From IMG/VR virus record IMGVR_UViG_3300046008_001858: 64,000 bases of DNA. One strand, given 5' to 3'. The notes below the pieces were generated by a model. That model ran no database searches and was not told the DNA's origin. It worked only from the letters and a program-made list of their open reading frames with translations. A program made the position numbers and the translations under genes. Position 1 is the stretch's first letter. The number at the start of each line of letters is the position of its first letter. Of the stretch, positions 10,512 to 19,998 are shown one piece after another. This DNA comes from an uncultured virus (IMG/VR IMGVR_UViG_3300046008_001858). Its lineage: Duplodnaviria > Heunggongvirae > Uroviricota > Caudoviricetes.

Positions 10512-10598
10512 AAATATTCTCAAGCCAGCTTACCAAAGCTGTCTTTTGTTCTCGAAATAAAGAGCCATAACATTAAGTGTGTTGGCTTGAGCATATTT
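10512..10598 (+). ncRNA. Cloverleaf small RNA, C4/CI-like antisense candidate
   Basis: Outer stem CTCAAGCCAGC/GTTGGCTTGAG with three inner hairpins; 10527..10550 is 22/24 complementary to 10651..10674. Confidence 0.65.
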
Positions 10599-10734
10599 TA
10601 ATAGTTTTAAAAAAGTAAATTTTTATTTATTTATTTAAGATTATTAAGGAAACAAAAGACAGAATTGGTAAGCTACTTTTTTGTTTCCTCATTAAAAATC
10701 ATAATCTGACTTATAATTGTTAAAAACGATAGGC

Positions 10735-11220
10735 GTATAATATAGCGTCTGGTGAGAGTATCTTAAACGATGCAGCGACTTCTGATAAATTCGATGCACT
10801 ACAAAACCCGTTAAGAGAAAAAATAGTAGAAGTATATTCCGTACCCAAAATTTAGTGGATATGTGTTAAATTAAGCAAATCAAAGTAATTGAAAAACTTA
10901 AATTAATCGATAATCATTAAATTGCGAAAGCAAATGGCAGTTATAAAACTGGCGGTGTGAGCAAGCAAGAAATTGTGAAGCCAGAATCTCGACAATGGCG
11001 TCATGGAAAAGTAATCAGTAATTTCCCAAACACACATCTGTGATATCTAAACCTATATAGGCATGATATTAATTATTTACAGCGTGACCGAGGATATAAG
11101 GTGTGTTTAACGATACGGATCGATACTATGCGAAACGACGGATTGATAGGTTTGCGTTTTTCATTTTTTTGAAAAAAGCCAAACTTCTCCTCTTCTCTCC
11201 ACAGCTCGCTCTGGATTAAT
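10735..11220 (+). ncRNA. Candidate structured non-coding tract (ncRNA or origin-associated RNA)
   Basis: No ORF of 60 aa or more, visibly GC-richer than flanks, TTGC-GAAA-GCAA tetraloop, nested stems at 11028..11109. Confidence 0.5.
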
Positions 11221-11227
11221 ATATATA

Positions 11228-11608
11228 TTATTCTTGATAAATCAATCCTTGTCGTTGCTTTAAGATTCTTCCTTCATAATCAGTGCTTAATAAATCAATT
11301 AACCATCTTATTCTGAACTGACACGAAAATCGATCTGAAATATATTTTAAATCAGTTTCTATATTCTTATAACCGTAAGTTTCACGTCCAGTTCGTCTAT
11401 CAAATTCTTTTTTATCATAAAATTTCCAAAGAACTATTAACGACTTAAACTCTTTCAATAAAGAATCAATTGTTTCAACAATATTTTTATTAGTCATTGA
11501 CTCAAAAATTTTACTTATCTTAAAATAAGCAATATCAACTTTAACTGACTTATTTTTAATGTTATTTTTCTTAAAATAATTTTTTAAATTATTCGACCGT
11601 TTAATCAT
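11228..11608 (-). CDS. Basic hypothetical protein
   Basis: 126-aa ORF with AAGG RBS and upstream TATAAT. Confidence 0.55.
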   Translation of the reverse strand: MIKRSNNLKNYFKKNNIKNKSVKVDIAYFKISKIFESMTNKNIVETIDSLLKEFKSLIVLWKFYDKKEFDRRTGRETYGYKNIETDLKYISDRFSCQFRIRWLIDLLSTDYEGRILKQRQGLIYQE

Positions 11609-11910
11609 TTTTAACCTTTCAAATTTTTTAATTAAAAGATTATAATCTTATTTTGTTTAAACTTTCCTTAAAATTGATAAAAAGCTTTAAACTTAATAAT
11701 CCCAAGACAAAATGTCATACTTCATTAACTCAGTGTCACCACCGTCCATTATTTTTTAAAATAAATTAAGGCTTCTTTCTTAATGAGAATCACTTCACCC
11801 TTATCACAAACCATGCTTCGCAGCCATTATCACTTCGTTCAAGCCTCTTCAGCTAAAGCTTCGAGCCATTTCATGGAGAGCTGCGCTGTTTTCAGGCATG
11901 CGAATAAACT

Positions 11911-12566
11911 TATTATTAAAACTTAAATTAAGTTTAAAATTGATATAATAAACAAAAAAACAGCGTAGCTGCTTAAGCAAAGCGAAGAGGGTGATAAAAA
12001 TGTTTAAATTCATTTGCTCAGTACTATTTTTAGTATTAATTACAGGATGTAGCAACCACGCAGTGGCTGAGGCAAAGCTGAAGGGCACTGCTACTAATTT
12101 ACCAGCAGGATATACTCTTCCAGCAATGCCAGATGAGACACTTAATTCATCCACAATAGCTGGCGTAGATGCAAATGTAAATGGTGTCAGAGATGACATT
12201 GAGATCTTTATTTACACAAATTATTCAAAGCCAGAAGAACAAAAAGTTCAAATGCAAATGGCTAAAAATAATCAATATTCATTATTAAATGTAAAAACAA
12301 AAGAAGAAGTTCATAATTGGTTTAATGATATGGGAAATGCACAAGATTGTCAAATAAAAATATTCGGTTCAAATTCAAATGCATTAAAAGAAGATAATAT
12401 TTTAACAAGTAAAATATTAAATACAGTCGAGCGAGTTAAAGCAGATTTAAATATTAGTTTATTAATGTCAGGAGAAGTTTTCCCACTAATTCATAATGAT
12501 AACCCATGCGAAAAATTTTATTATTAAAACTTAAATTAAGTTTAAAGTTGATATAATAAACAAAAA
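11911..12566 (+). repeat. Duplicated ~48-bp promoter block (11911..11958 and 12519..12566)
   Basis: TATTATTAAAACTTAAATTAAGTTTAAA(A/G)TTGATATAATAAACAAAAA precedes both lipoprotein genes. Confidence 0.9.
12000..12527 (+). CDS. Lipoprotein with Ca-binding-like DxNxNGxRDD motif (copy 1)
   Basis: Lipobox LITGC; GVDANVNGVRDDIE; start set by alignment to paralogue. Confidence 0.85.
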   Translation: MFKFICSVLFLVLITGCSNHAVAEAKLKGTATNLPAGYTLPAMPDETLNSSTIAGVDANVNGVRDDIEIFIYTNYSKPEEQKVQMQMAKNNQYSLLNVKTKEEVHNWFNDMGNAQDCQIKIFGSNSNALKEDNILTSKILNTVERVKADLNISLLMSGEVFPLIHNDNPCEKFYY

Positions 12567-12579
12567 GAAGGTAATAAGA

Positions 12580-13065
12580 ATGTTTAAATTCGTTTGCTCA
12601 GTACTATTTTTAGTATTAATTACAGGATGTAGCGGCACTGCCACTAATTTACCAGCAGGATATACACTTCCAGCAATGCCAGATGAAACACTTAATTCAG
12701 CAACACTTGTTGGAATCGATGCAAATACAAATGGCGTAAGGGACGATGTAGAAATTTTTATTTATACAAATTATTCAAAGCCAGAAGAACAAAAAGTTCA
12801 AATGCAAATGGCTAAAAATATTCAAGAACGATTTTATAATGTAAAATCAAAAGCAGACGGTCATATTTGGTTTGAAAAAATGGGAAATGCGCAAGACTGT
12901 CAAGAAAAAGTATTTGGAACAATTGAAGATGGTTTGAAAGAAAGTAAAATACTCTACAGTAAAACATTAAATACAATGAATAGAGTTGAAGCTGACCTAA
13001 GAATTAGATTATTAATGTCAGGAGAAGTTTTCCCTCTTATTCAAAATGAGAATCCATGCGAATAA
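12580..13065 (+). CDS. Lipoprotein (copy 2)
   Basis: Lipobox LITGC; GIDANTNGVRDDVE; overlaps next gene. Confidence 0.85.
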   Translation: MFKFVCSVLFLVLITGCSGTATNLPAGYTLPAMPDETLNSATLVGIDANTNGVRDDVEIFIYTNYSKPEEQKVQMQMAKNIQERFYNVKSKADGHIWFEKMGNAQDCQEKVFGTIEDGLKESKILYSKTLNTMNRVEADLRIRLLMSGEVFPLIQNENPCE

Positions 13066-14207
13066 TTTTATTTACACTTATTTTTTGTTTATCAATTTTT
13101 GCTAGTGATACAAAAATATTTCATATAAATGGAATTAATACAGAAGAAAATGAAGCTAGAGCAAATTTAACAAAATTAAAAAATACATTAAAAAGTAATT
13201 ATAAAGATCAAAACCTAACATATATATTAGCATATAATGAAACAGGAGTTGGTTTCGCTGATATAATAGATTGTTACAATCAAAAAGTTGCTGAATATAG
13301 AAGAGGAAATCTTCCATATAATATTAGTTTGGCTGAATTCATTTCTCAAGTAACTCTAGCTTTATTTCACCTACCTTCTTATGTAATGACACCAGCAGAA
13401 GTTGAACAATTTGAAATTAATAACATTATTAATAATACACAAAATTATACGTATACAGATACAGATTCTAAAAATATCGTGAAAACTATATCCGATAATG
13501 TTTTACTCGGTAATAATATTTTTATTATTGCGCATTCTCAAGGAACTCTTTATGCAAATATAATTTATGATAAATTAGTTGAACAGAATATTTCAAATAC
13601 AAATAACACAAAAATATTATCTGTAGCAGACGTTGCAGCTTATATGCCAAACGGCGATTGGTTATCTTCAGAAGGTGATCCAGTTATAATAGGAGTGAAA
13701 ATATTTTTTACTTGTATGGATTTCAATTATCTTAAGTTTAATAATTTAGGTCATTCATTAATAGATGTTTATTTAAAAGTAGGTTCAGAGTTATTAACTG
13801 AATTTGAAAGAAAAGCTAAATTACTATTAGAAACATTTGAACAAAAACAGTTTGATAACACATTTACATTCACATTTTATGGATTAGCTCCAGTTACTAC
13901 ACCAGGGATGAGCATGCCATTTATAAAAGATGTAAATAGAAGTAAGTCATATTACGAATGGAGTCCTGAATTTAATGTAAGCGTATCAGGAGCTGATAAA
14001 ATATATAAACTAACATTGCCTACAGATCAAGATTTAAGTGGCGAATACCTGCTTGAATGGACGTTTAGTGACGTTAATATAACTAAGGGACAAATTCAAT
14101 GTGGAAATAAAGTTAAAGACATAAATGTTACAAAATATTTAGTAAATAATTTTGGTAAAATAATATTAAGTAAATCAGGTAATAGTTATGATTGCAATTT
14201 TCAATAA
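13056..14207 (+). CDS. Secreted alpha/beta-hydrolase (lipase-like)
   Basis: Signal peptide, HINGI oxyanion-type motif, AHSQG nucleophile elbow, later D and GHS. Confidence 0.75.
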   Translation: MRIILFTLIFCLSIFASDTKIFHINGINTEENEARANLTKLKNTLKSNYKDQNLTYILAYNETGVGFADIIDCYNQKVAEYRRGNLPYNISLAEFISQVTLALFHLPSYVMTPAEVEQFEINNIINNTQNYTYTDTDSKNIVKTISDNVLLGNNIFIIAHSQGTLYANIIYDKLVEQNISNTNNTKILSVADVAAYMPNGDWLSSEGDPVIIGVKIFFTCMDFNYLKFNNLGHSLIDVYLKVGSELLTEFERKAKLLLETFEQKQFDNTFTFTFYGLAPVTTPGMSMPFIKDVNRSKSYYEWSPEFNVSVSGADKIYKLTLPTDQDLSGEYLLEWTFSDVNITKGQIQCGNKVKDINVTKYLVNNFGKIILSKSGNSYDCNFQ

Positions 14208-14211
14208 AAAT

Positions 14212-14242
14212 CCCTGAAAGGGCTAGCACACTTGTGCTAGCT
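14212..14242. terminator. Double hairpin between convergent genes
   Basis: CCCT-GAA-AGGG then CTAGCAC-ACTT-GTGCTAG. Confidence 0.6.
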
Positions 14243-14732
14243 ATAAAACATCTGTAGTAAAAATAGAAAGCATATCAAAAGATGAATTTTCAGTTCTAAT
14301 TTCTTTAAAATATCGATCCTTTCTTAGAATTTCATTAAATACTTCTGAAGAATAATTAGCAAAAGAACTTGCTAAATTAGTACGATTCTTTCTATCAAGT
14401 TTTAAAAGAAAATTATAATATTTAACAATATTGCGTCCATTTATTTTAAATCTTAAATTTAACAACTCATTATAATCTTCCATTGATTTAGAATAAACAA
14501 TGACCCATTGAACTCGAGGATTATTTTTCTTAAAATCAATTAAATCAGCAGCAGTAACAATACTGTTATCACTTAAAAGATGTCCTGAAGGTAAGTAATC
14601 ATTAGATTTTTCAAACGCATCTTCAGGTACCTCTATTCTGTAATTAGAGTCATTTGTCCAATCACTAGCTTTACATAATCCATTAAAATATTCAACCAGT
14701 GTTCTTGTCTCAACATATTTAGCGAACGTCAT
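14241..14732 (-). CDS. Hypothetical protein
   Basis: AAGGA RBS before MTFAKY. Confidence 0.75.
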   Translation of the reverse strand: MTFAKYVETRTLVEYFNGLCKASDWTNDSNYRIEVPEDAFEKSNDYLPSGHLLSDNSIVTAADLIDFKKNNPRVQWVIVYSKSMEDYNELLNLRFKINGRNIVKYYNFLLKLDRKNRTNLASSFANYSSEVFNEILRKDRYFKEIRTENSSFDMLSIFTTDVL

Positions 14733-14884
14733 TTTTATTTCCTTCAAAATAATTTCCACACTTTCGAATGGATTACTAACTTTTATTATAGTTTATGAAA
14801 TATATTATATATAACAAAGCGTATATAAAAACCTGTAAAAACCCATAAAAAAGGTAAAAACATGTTAAAAATATTTTTATATAG

Positions 14885-16423
14885 CTACGTATTTTTATTA
14901 AATAAATTATAATAAATTATACGAATAAAGTCTTTACTCAATCCTTTTTTTACATTGTATTCACAATAAAAGGAATCAAAATCTAAAAAACTTTCTCGAA
15001 GAACATCTTCGATTAATACATTTTTTATATTTTTTCCTGAACTCACATCTGCATTAATTTCGTATCCACAATTCATACATATAAATTTTTCTTGTGTCTT
15101 CCTATTATTTTTACTTACATAGTGACATTTATTACACTTTTGAGATGTATATTCAGCTGGAACAAAACTAACTGAAACACCACGATTATGTCCTTGACGA
15201 CGAATTCTATTTTTAATAGAATCTAAATTTAAAAATGTTGCTAATCTTCCGTAACTTATTTCTAATTCCTTATTATTTACACGTAATCTACTCCCAACTA
15301 TACTTAAATCTTCTAATGCTATATGATTTATATTTTCACTAATGCAATAAGTTATTATTTCTGATATCTTTTTATCTACTTCGTAGATTAATCTATTTCT
15401 ACTTTTTTGCTTTATTCTTTTCATAAACTCTGTTTCTTTTCTTTTATCTGCTTTTTTTATTATTTTTATTGCTGATTCTTTTATTTCTTTTTCTATATCG
15501 AATGTTTTTAAATTTGATAATGCAAATAAATTGTGTTTAATATTTATATCTACACCAACTTTGAAATCATTATTACTAAAGTCAAATAAATTTTCCTTAG
15601 TTGTCGTTAAATCTATTCTAAATGTATATTCATTTATAAATGTTATTGAATAAGATTTTACATAATCGGCTTTATGATATTTTACAGTTTTTACAGGTAT
15701 ATGTATTTTTTTAGTATTATATGCGCCTAAATTTATAAAGCTTCTTATACATGACTGATTATTTTTATTTCTTCCTATTATTTCTTGATTTACTCTGCTT
15801 TGTGTTGAAAATGTTAATGAATTATACTCTATTTTCTTAGCCCAATATCGTGTAAAAATTCTTTTCGTTCTATTTTCTACTAATTTAAATATTCTTTCTA
15901 ACTTTTTTTGATCCATATTTTTTATTAATTCTAAATAATGTCTATATATTGTTTTTATTTTTTCTATTTCTTTAGCACTAAATTTTGAATTACCTTTTTC
16001 TAGATTTAGCACATAATTTATATGAATTTCTGCTGAGTTCTTATCAATTATATGCTTCTTTAGCAAAAAGTTTGTTAAATTTGTAATTGCTGTCTGCTTT
16101 TTTATATATTTATTTTTACTTTTTTTTAGTATAAAAAACTTCTCTATACCTTTTGTCTTTATTTTATTTATATAATTTGTATATACAGTTTTAATTGCGT
16201 ATTCCATATCCTTATTTATTAATCCTGGAATCTTCATCTTCGTTTCTTGTTTTATTATTTCAAACATATCTGGCAATTCTTTGTTTTCTATCAGATATTT
16301 ATATATAATTTCACTAATATAGTTTCGATATATTCTTAGTGTTGCTGCTTTTTTCTTAACACTATTAAACTTCTTTTTGTTTAATTTATCGGTATAAAAA
16401 AATTTACTTACTATTTCGTTCAT
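14885..16423 (-). CDS. tnpB: RNA-guided endonuclease TnpB family (512 aa)
   Basis: RuvC-I VGVDINIK, RuvC-II ALEDL, YTSQKC..C/C..C zinc ribbon, RuvC-III NADV. Confidence 0.9.
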   Translation of the reverse strand: MNEIVSKFFYTDKLNKKKFNSVKKKAATLRIYRNYISEIIYKYLIENKELPDMFEIIKQETKMKIPGLINKDMEYAIKTVYTNYINKIKTKGIEKFFILKKSKNKYIKKQTAITNLTNFLLKKHIIDKNSAEIHINYVLNLEKGNSKFSAKEIEKIKTIYRHYLELIKNMDQKKLERIFKLVENRTKRIFTRYWAKKIEYNSLTFSTQSRVNQEIIGRNKNNQSCIRSFINLGAYNTKKIHIPVKTVKYHKADYVKSYSITFINEYTFRIDLTTTKENLFDFSNNDFKVGVDINIKHNLFALSNLKTFDIEKEIKESAIKIIKKADKRKETEFMKRIKQKSRNRLIYEVDKKISEIITYCISENINHIALEDLSIVGSRLRVNNKELEISYGRLATFLNLDSIKNRIRRQGHNRGVSVSFVPAEYTSQKCNKCHYVSKNNRKTQEKFICMNCGYEINADVSSGKNIKNVLIEDVLRESFLDFDSFYCEYNVKKGLSKDFIRIIYYNLFNKNT

Positions 16424-16429
16424 TCTTTT

Positions 16430-16458
16430 ATTATATCATTTTTTTACTGATTTGTAAA
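16430..16458 (-). promoter_or_regulatory. tnpB1 promoter, probably leaderless
   Basis: TTTACA-17-TATAAT-6 nt-ATG; no SD. Confidence 0.75.
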
Positions 16459-16695
16459 TATATTTTATACTTTCTTTTCCAACTTCGTTAATCGTTATTT
16501 TAACGCAGCATCGAAGCTTGAACTTCGATTAGAACGCTCTGTTGATAGCTTTTTTACAAAATTTTATAGCTTTCTATATTAAGTATAATAGCCTTAAGTT
16601 AAGTTAAATCATCGTGATTTAACTCAAGGTGCATAATGCCAATCCCTGTATCAGATTTCTATCTGTTACTATTTAGAGTTTTAAAAGGACTTGTT

Positions 16696-16851
16696 ATGAA
16701 ATTTTTTGTATTTTTTATTTGTTTAATGATCTTTATTGGATCATTAGCTCCAGCTGCAAATGATACTGCTGCAACAATAGTTTTCGGATTATTGTCAGTA
16801 TTGACGTTCGCAAGCTTATTTGTGAGCGATGAAGAAGTTGAAAGAATTTAA
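16696..16851 (+). CDS. Small membrane protein
   Basis: AAGGA RBS before MKFFVFF; two hydrophobic stretches. Confidence 0.65.
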   Translation: MKFFVFFICLMIFIGSLAPAANDTAATIVFGLLSVLTFASLFVSDEEVERI

Positions 16852-16916
16852 GTTAAATCTCTATCGTTAAATCGATAGAGTAGTTATTCCATTTTGGATA
16901 GCTTTAATTAAAAATA

Positions 16917-17111
16917 TTATCTGACTCTTTTATTTGAACCAAAATAAACCAAAATAGGAACAATGATAAGAATAGGGATTAATGTTTCAAAATAAGTAAT
17001 ATTTACTGAAAAATATGAATTAATACCAAATCTTAATATTAGGAAAATAGGAATAAGAATAAGACCTATTAGCAAAGGAATTGTAAAAGGGTTGAATTGA
17101 TATTTATCCAT
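16917..17111 (-). CDS. Small membrane protein
   Basis: GGAG RBS; two TM segments. Confidence 0.65.
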   Translation of the reverse strand: MDKYQFNPFTIPLLIGLILIPIFLILRFGINSYFSVNITYFETLIPILIIVPILVYFGSNKRVR

Positions 17112-17208
17112 TATTTAATCTCCAATTTTTAATTGAAGAAGAATAATATCAAATTAAATTTATTTTGATTTAAAAAAGACTAAAAATGATTTAATAACTA
17201 TCAAATAT

Positions 17209-17589
17209 TTATCTAAAAAAGAAAAGAATAACTTTTTTTAAAAATGGAAACTTTTTTAATTTCAAAACAAGTTGAACATCTTCATCGACTAAAGAATCTA
17301 ATTTATCTTTAATATAACTATCACTTCTCCATTGAATCAAATATTCAACTGAATCATGAATTGCTAATGGAAGATGATAATCTCCATCTGAACGTTCAAT
17401 TAAGTGAATATGATTATAATTTACTCCAACTGTATCTGGAACACACAATTCAAATGGAACTCCATATTTTGCTGCTATTTCTGGAACGGAACATATAAAC
17501 ATAGGATTAAACCCAGAATCTCTCTTACTAATAAATAATTCTCTATCTTGATATTTAAAAATATCTGGATATGTTCCCAATGTTTTCAT
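17209..17589 (-). CDS. Hypothetical protein
   Basis: ORF with AAGGA RBS. Confidence 0.75.
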   Translation of the reverse strand: MKTLGTYPDIFKYQDRELFISKRDSGFNPMFICSVPEIAAKYGVPFELCVPDTVGVNYNHIHLIERSDGDYHLPLAIHDSVEYLIQWRSDSYIKDKLDSLVDEDVQLVLKLKKFPFLKKVILFFFR

Positions 17590-17686
17590 TTTTATTTTCC
17601 TTTAATTAACTTTTTATTTCTTATTTAATTATATATTAAATAATCTTAATATTTATTAAAACTAGGAATTACAACAAATAAAATTT

Positions 17687-18421
17687 TTAATTTAAATTCT
17701 TTCTCGTTTGAAAATTTTTATTTTTCTGTCTTTCAAAAAAGTTTTTCATATAATTTTTTATTGTTTCTTTAATATTATCACTTTTCGAAAATGAATCTAT
17801 CCTTGTTAAAAAATGTTTATCAAAAGTTCTTGAACTTAAAAAAGAATGAAATGTTTTAAAAAAAATATCTTCTTTTAATTCAACTACTTTTTCAGTCTCT
17901 GTTATTTTAGAATTCCCAAAACAATATTGATTTTTACCTGAAATTAAAATGAAGAAATCCTTTAGAAATAATTGATCAAATTCTTTTGTTGAAAACATTA
18001 AATTAAGAAAATATATAAACTCTGGTTCAAAAGTATTTGAAAAATCATTAATAAATTCTTTTTCTATTTCATGTATTTTTAAATAAGACAATCTATAAAC
18101 TTCATTAAATAAATATGTAGCATGGATTATATAGTTATAATAAAATAAAGTTTCAGCTTCACCATATTTTAATAAATCTTGATCACATTCAAAATTATAT
18201 TTCAACGAAAGCTTAAAAAGAATTGACGCAAATTGCTTATTTCTAGGAATATTTACAATAACTTCTTCTTTTTCATATTCTCGAGGAATATCAAAAAAAG
18301 ATGGTAAGTCTTTAAGTAAAGGTCTTTGTTTTGGAAAGGAAGGCAATGCTTCAGAAATAGATAGAACTGTATTTCCATTTGTTGGAAAAAACGATTTTGA
18401 ATTTGTTGTAATAATAGTCAT
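17687..18421 (-). CDS. Hypothetical protein
   Basis: ORF with AAGGAG RBS. Confidence 0.75.
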   Translation of the reverse strand: MTIITTNSKSFFPTNGNTVLSISEALPSFPKQRPLLKDLPSFFDIPREYEKEEVIVNIPRNKQFASILFKLSLKYNFECDQDLLKYGEAETLFYYNYIIHATYLFNEVYRLSYLKIHEIEKEFINDFSNTFEPEFIYFLNLMFSTKEFDQLFLKDFFILISGKNQYCFGNSKITETEKVVELKEDIFFKTFHSFLSSRTFDKHFLTRIDSFSKSDNIKETIKNYMKNFFERQKNKNFQTRKNLN

Positions 18422-18564
18422 AATTGAACTCCTTAAATTTTTAAGTATTTGTTTTGGTTTGGCCAGAAATAGAATTTTAACAGAAATAAAGTTTTAAATC
18501 TTTAATTGCTTAAGTAGCTAAAAGTACGTTATTTCTATATTATGGTTTCTCCAAAAAGGAGAGA

Positions 18565-18819
18565 TTAATGCCAGTTGACAGATATTAAATTATCATCTGC
18601 AACTGCATTAATTTGGGCTTTAACTGATTCAACTGTTTCAGTTAAAACAAACTCAAGTTTATTTTCTTTGGCTGAAGATATTTCTTCGGCCATGTTACTT
18701 TTAACTTTTCTAAAAAAGCTTCTAATAACAACATTTTCAGTAAGAACATCGAAGTTAAATAAAACTCTAACTCCATATATTTCTTTCATTTCTGGAACAA
18801 TAATTAAATCGCACTCCAT
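18565..18819 (-). CDS. Hypothetical protein
   Basis: AAGGAG RBS. Confidence 0.7.
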   Translation of the reverse strand: MECDLIIVPEMKEIYGVRVLFNFDVLTENVVIRSFFRKVKSNMAEEISSAKENKLEFVLTETVESVKAQINAVADDNLISVNWH

Positions 18820-18957
18820 AATAAACTCCTTTTAAAAATAAAATTTAATTCGTTATAAGACAATTTATTTATATTTTAATCTATAATGAAAAGATTTAAA
18901 CTAATATAAAGGAATATTCAATTATAATATTATTAATTAAAACAGCAAGGATCTAAA

Positions 18958-19278
18958 ATGATATCAACACAATTAATGAGTGAAGTATTAGGATTAAAAA
19001 TATACTCTGTTAAACAAAAAAGTGATACTGTAATTGAATATACTTTCGATGCTATAGGCGAAACAAGAACTTCAACAATTAATATTTATGAGTTAGCTTA
19101 TAAATGTAAAGAATGGGCCAGAAATAAATATCACCAAAGAATTATGTCCGAAAGCGCTGGAAGTTGCTATATAATTGAAAGCGACGATAAATATTTTTAT
19201 CATGATTCTGAACATGAAAGTGTTTTTAAAGCATGTCAATATATTTTAGAGAATAAAAAAGCAGTTAAAAATGATTAG
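18958..19278 (+). CDS. Array paralogue 1 (MIS-INIYE-EAIF family)
   Basis: MISTQLMSEVL / INIYELAYKCKEWA / ESVFKACQYIL. Confidence 0.9.
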   Translation: MISTQLMSEVLGLKIYSVKQKSDTVIEYTFDAIGETRTSTINIYELAYKCKEWARNKYHQRIMSESAGSCYIIESDDKYFYHDSEHESVFKACQYILENKKAVKND

Positions 19279-19615
19279 TCAAAAATTACTTGCTGAAGTA
19301 TTTAATGAAAATATTTCTACAGACATAAAAATAAAGTATGCTGAAATTGACGGCGTAAAAATGGAATGGAAAGAAGTATGGTTTAACTTTAAAAATTACC
19401 CATTGGATTTTGTTGCTCATAAGTGCAAAGAGTGGGCATTAGATAATAATTTACTTGAATATAAAATTCTTTCTTATAGTGAAAATAAAAGGTTTGTATC
19501 TATAAAATATATTTTTAAAAATCATGTTATTGAAGATTTTGGAATATATAAAACCGATATAAATAAGAGTCTTTTCAAACTTTGTGAATATATTTTAGAT
19601 ACTAAGGATTTATAA
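19271..19615 (+). CDS. Array paralogue 2
   Basis: MISQKLLAEVF / VAHKCKEWA / SLFKLCEYIL. Confidence 0.9.
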   Translation: MISQKLLAEVFNENISTDIKIKYAEIDGVKMEWKEVWFNFKNYPLDFVAHKCKEWALDNNLLEYKILSYSENKRFVSIKYIFKNHVIEDFGIYKTDINKSLFKLCEYILDTKDL

Positions 19616-19998
19616 TGAATATTAGTAAAGAACTATTTACAGCCGTTACTGGAATTAACCTTGGAACTCAAGAATCATTTCGTGACCAATTTGAAGAAAA
19701 AGTTTGGGTTGGTACTGGAGAATATTCTAATACTATTTATTATGGTGTTCAAGGTATTAAAACAACACATATAAATATTTATGAATTTGCTAATAAATGT
19801 AAAAAATGGGCCTTTAAAAATGGTTTTTATTTACCAATTGTTTATACTGGAGAAAATACACATTGTGGTATCTCTAAAACAGAAAGAGGATATATTTGGG
19901 GCATGAAAAGTACATTTATAGAATTGTCAGAGCCTGAAGCAATATTTAAGGCATGTGAATATATACTTAGTGAAATGAAAGAGGCAAAAAATGATTAG
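19615..19998 (+). CDS. Array paralogue 3
   Basis: ISKELF / INIYEFANKCKKWA / EPEAIFKACEYIL. Confidence 0.9.
   Translation: MNISKELFTAVTGINLGTQESFRDQFEEKVWVGTGEYSNTIYYGVQGIKTTHINIYEFANKCKKWAFKNGFYLPIVYTGENTHCGISKTERGYIWGMKSTFIELSEPEAIFKACEYILSEMKEAKND

Larger units (their letters stand above)
14808..16574 (-). mobile_element. Non-autonomous TnpB-only element 1 (ends approximate)
   Basis: tnpB without tnpA; imperfect inverted repeats at 14824..14841 and 16551..16568; TATATTA on both flanks. Confidence 0.55.

Noticed and set aside
11849..12199. 116-aa minus-strand ORF
   Set aside because: Shadow of the lipoprotein gene and its promoter
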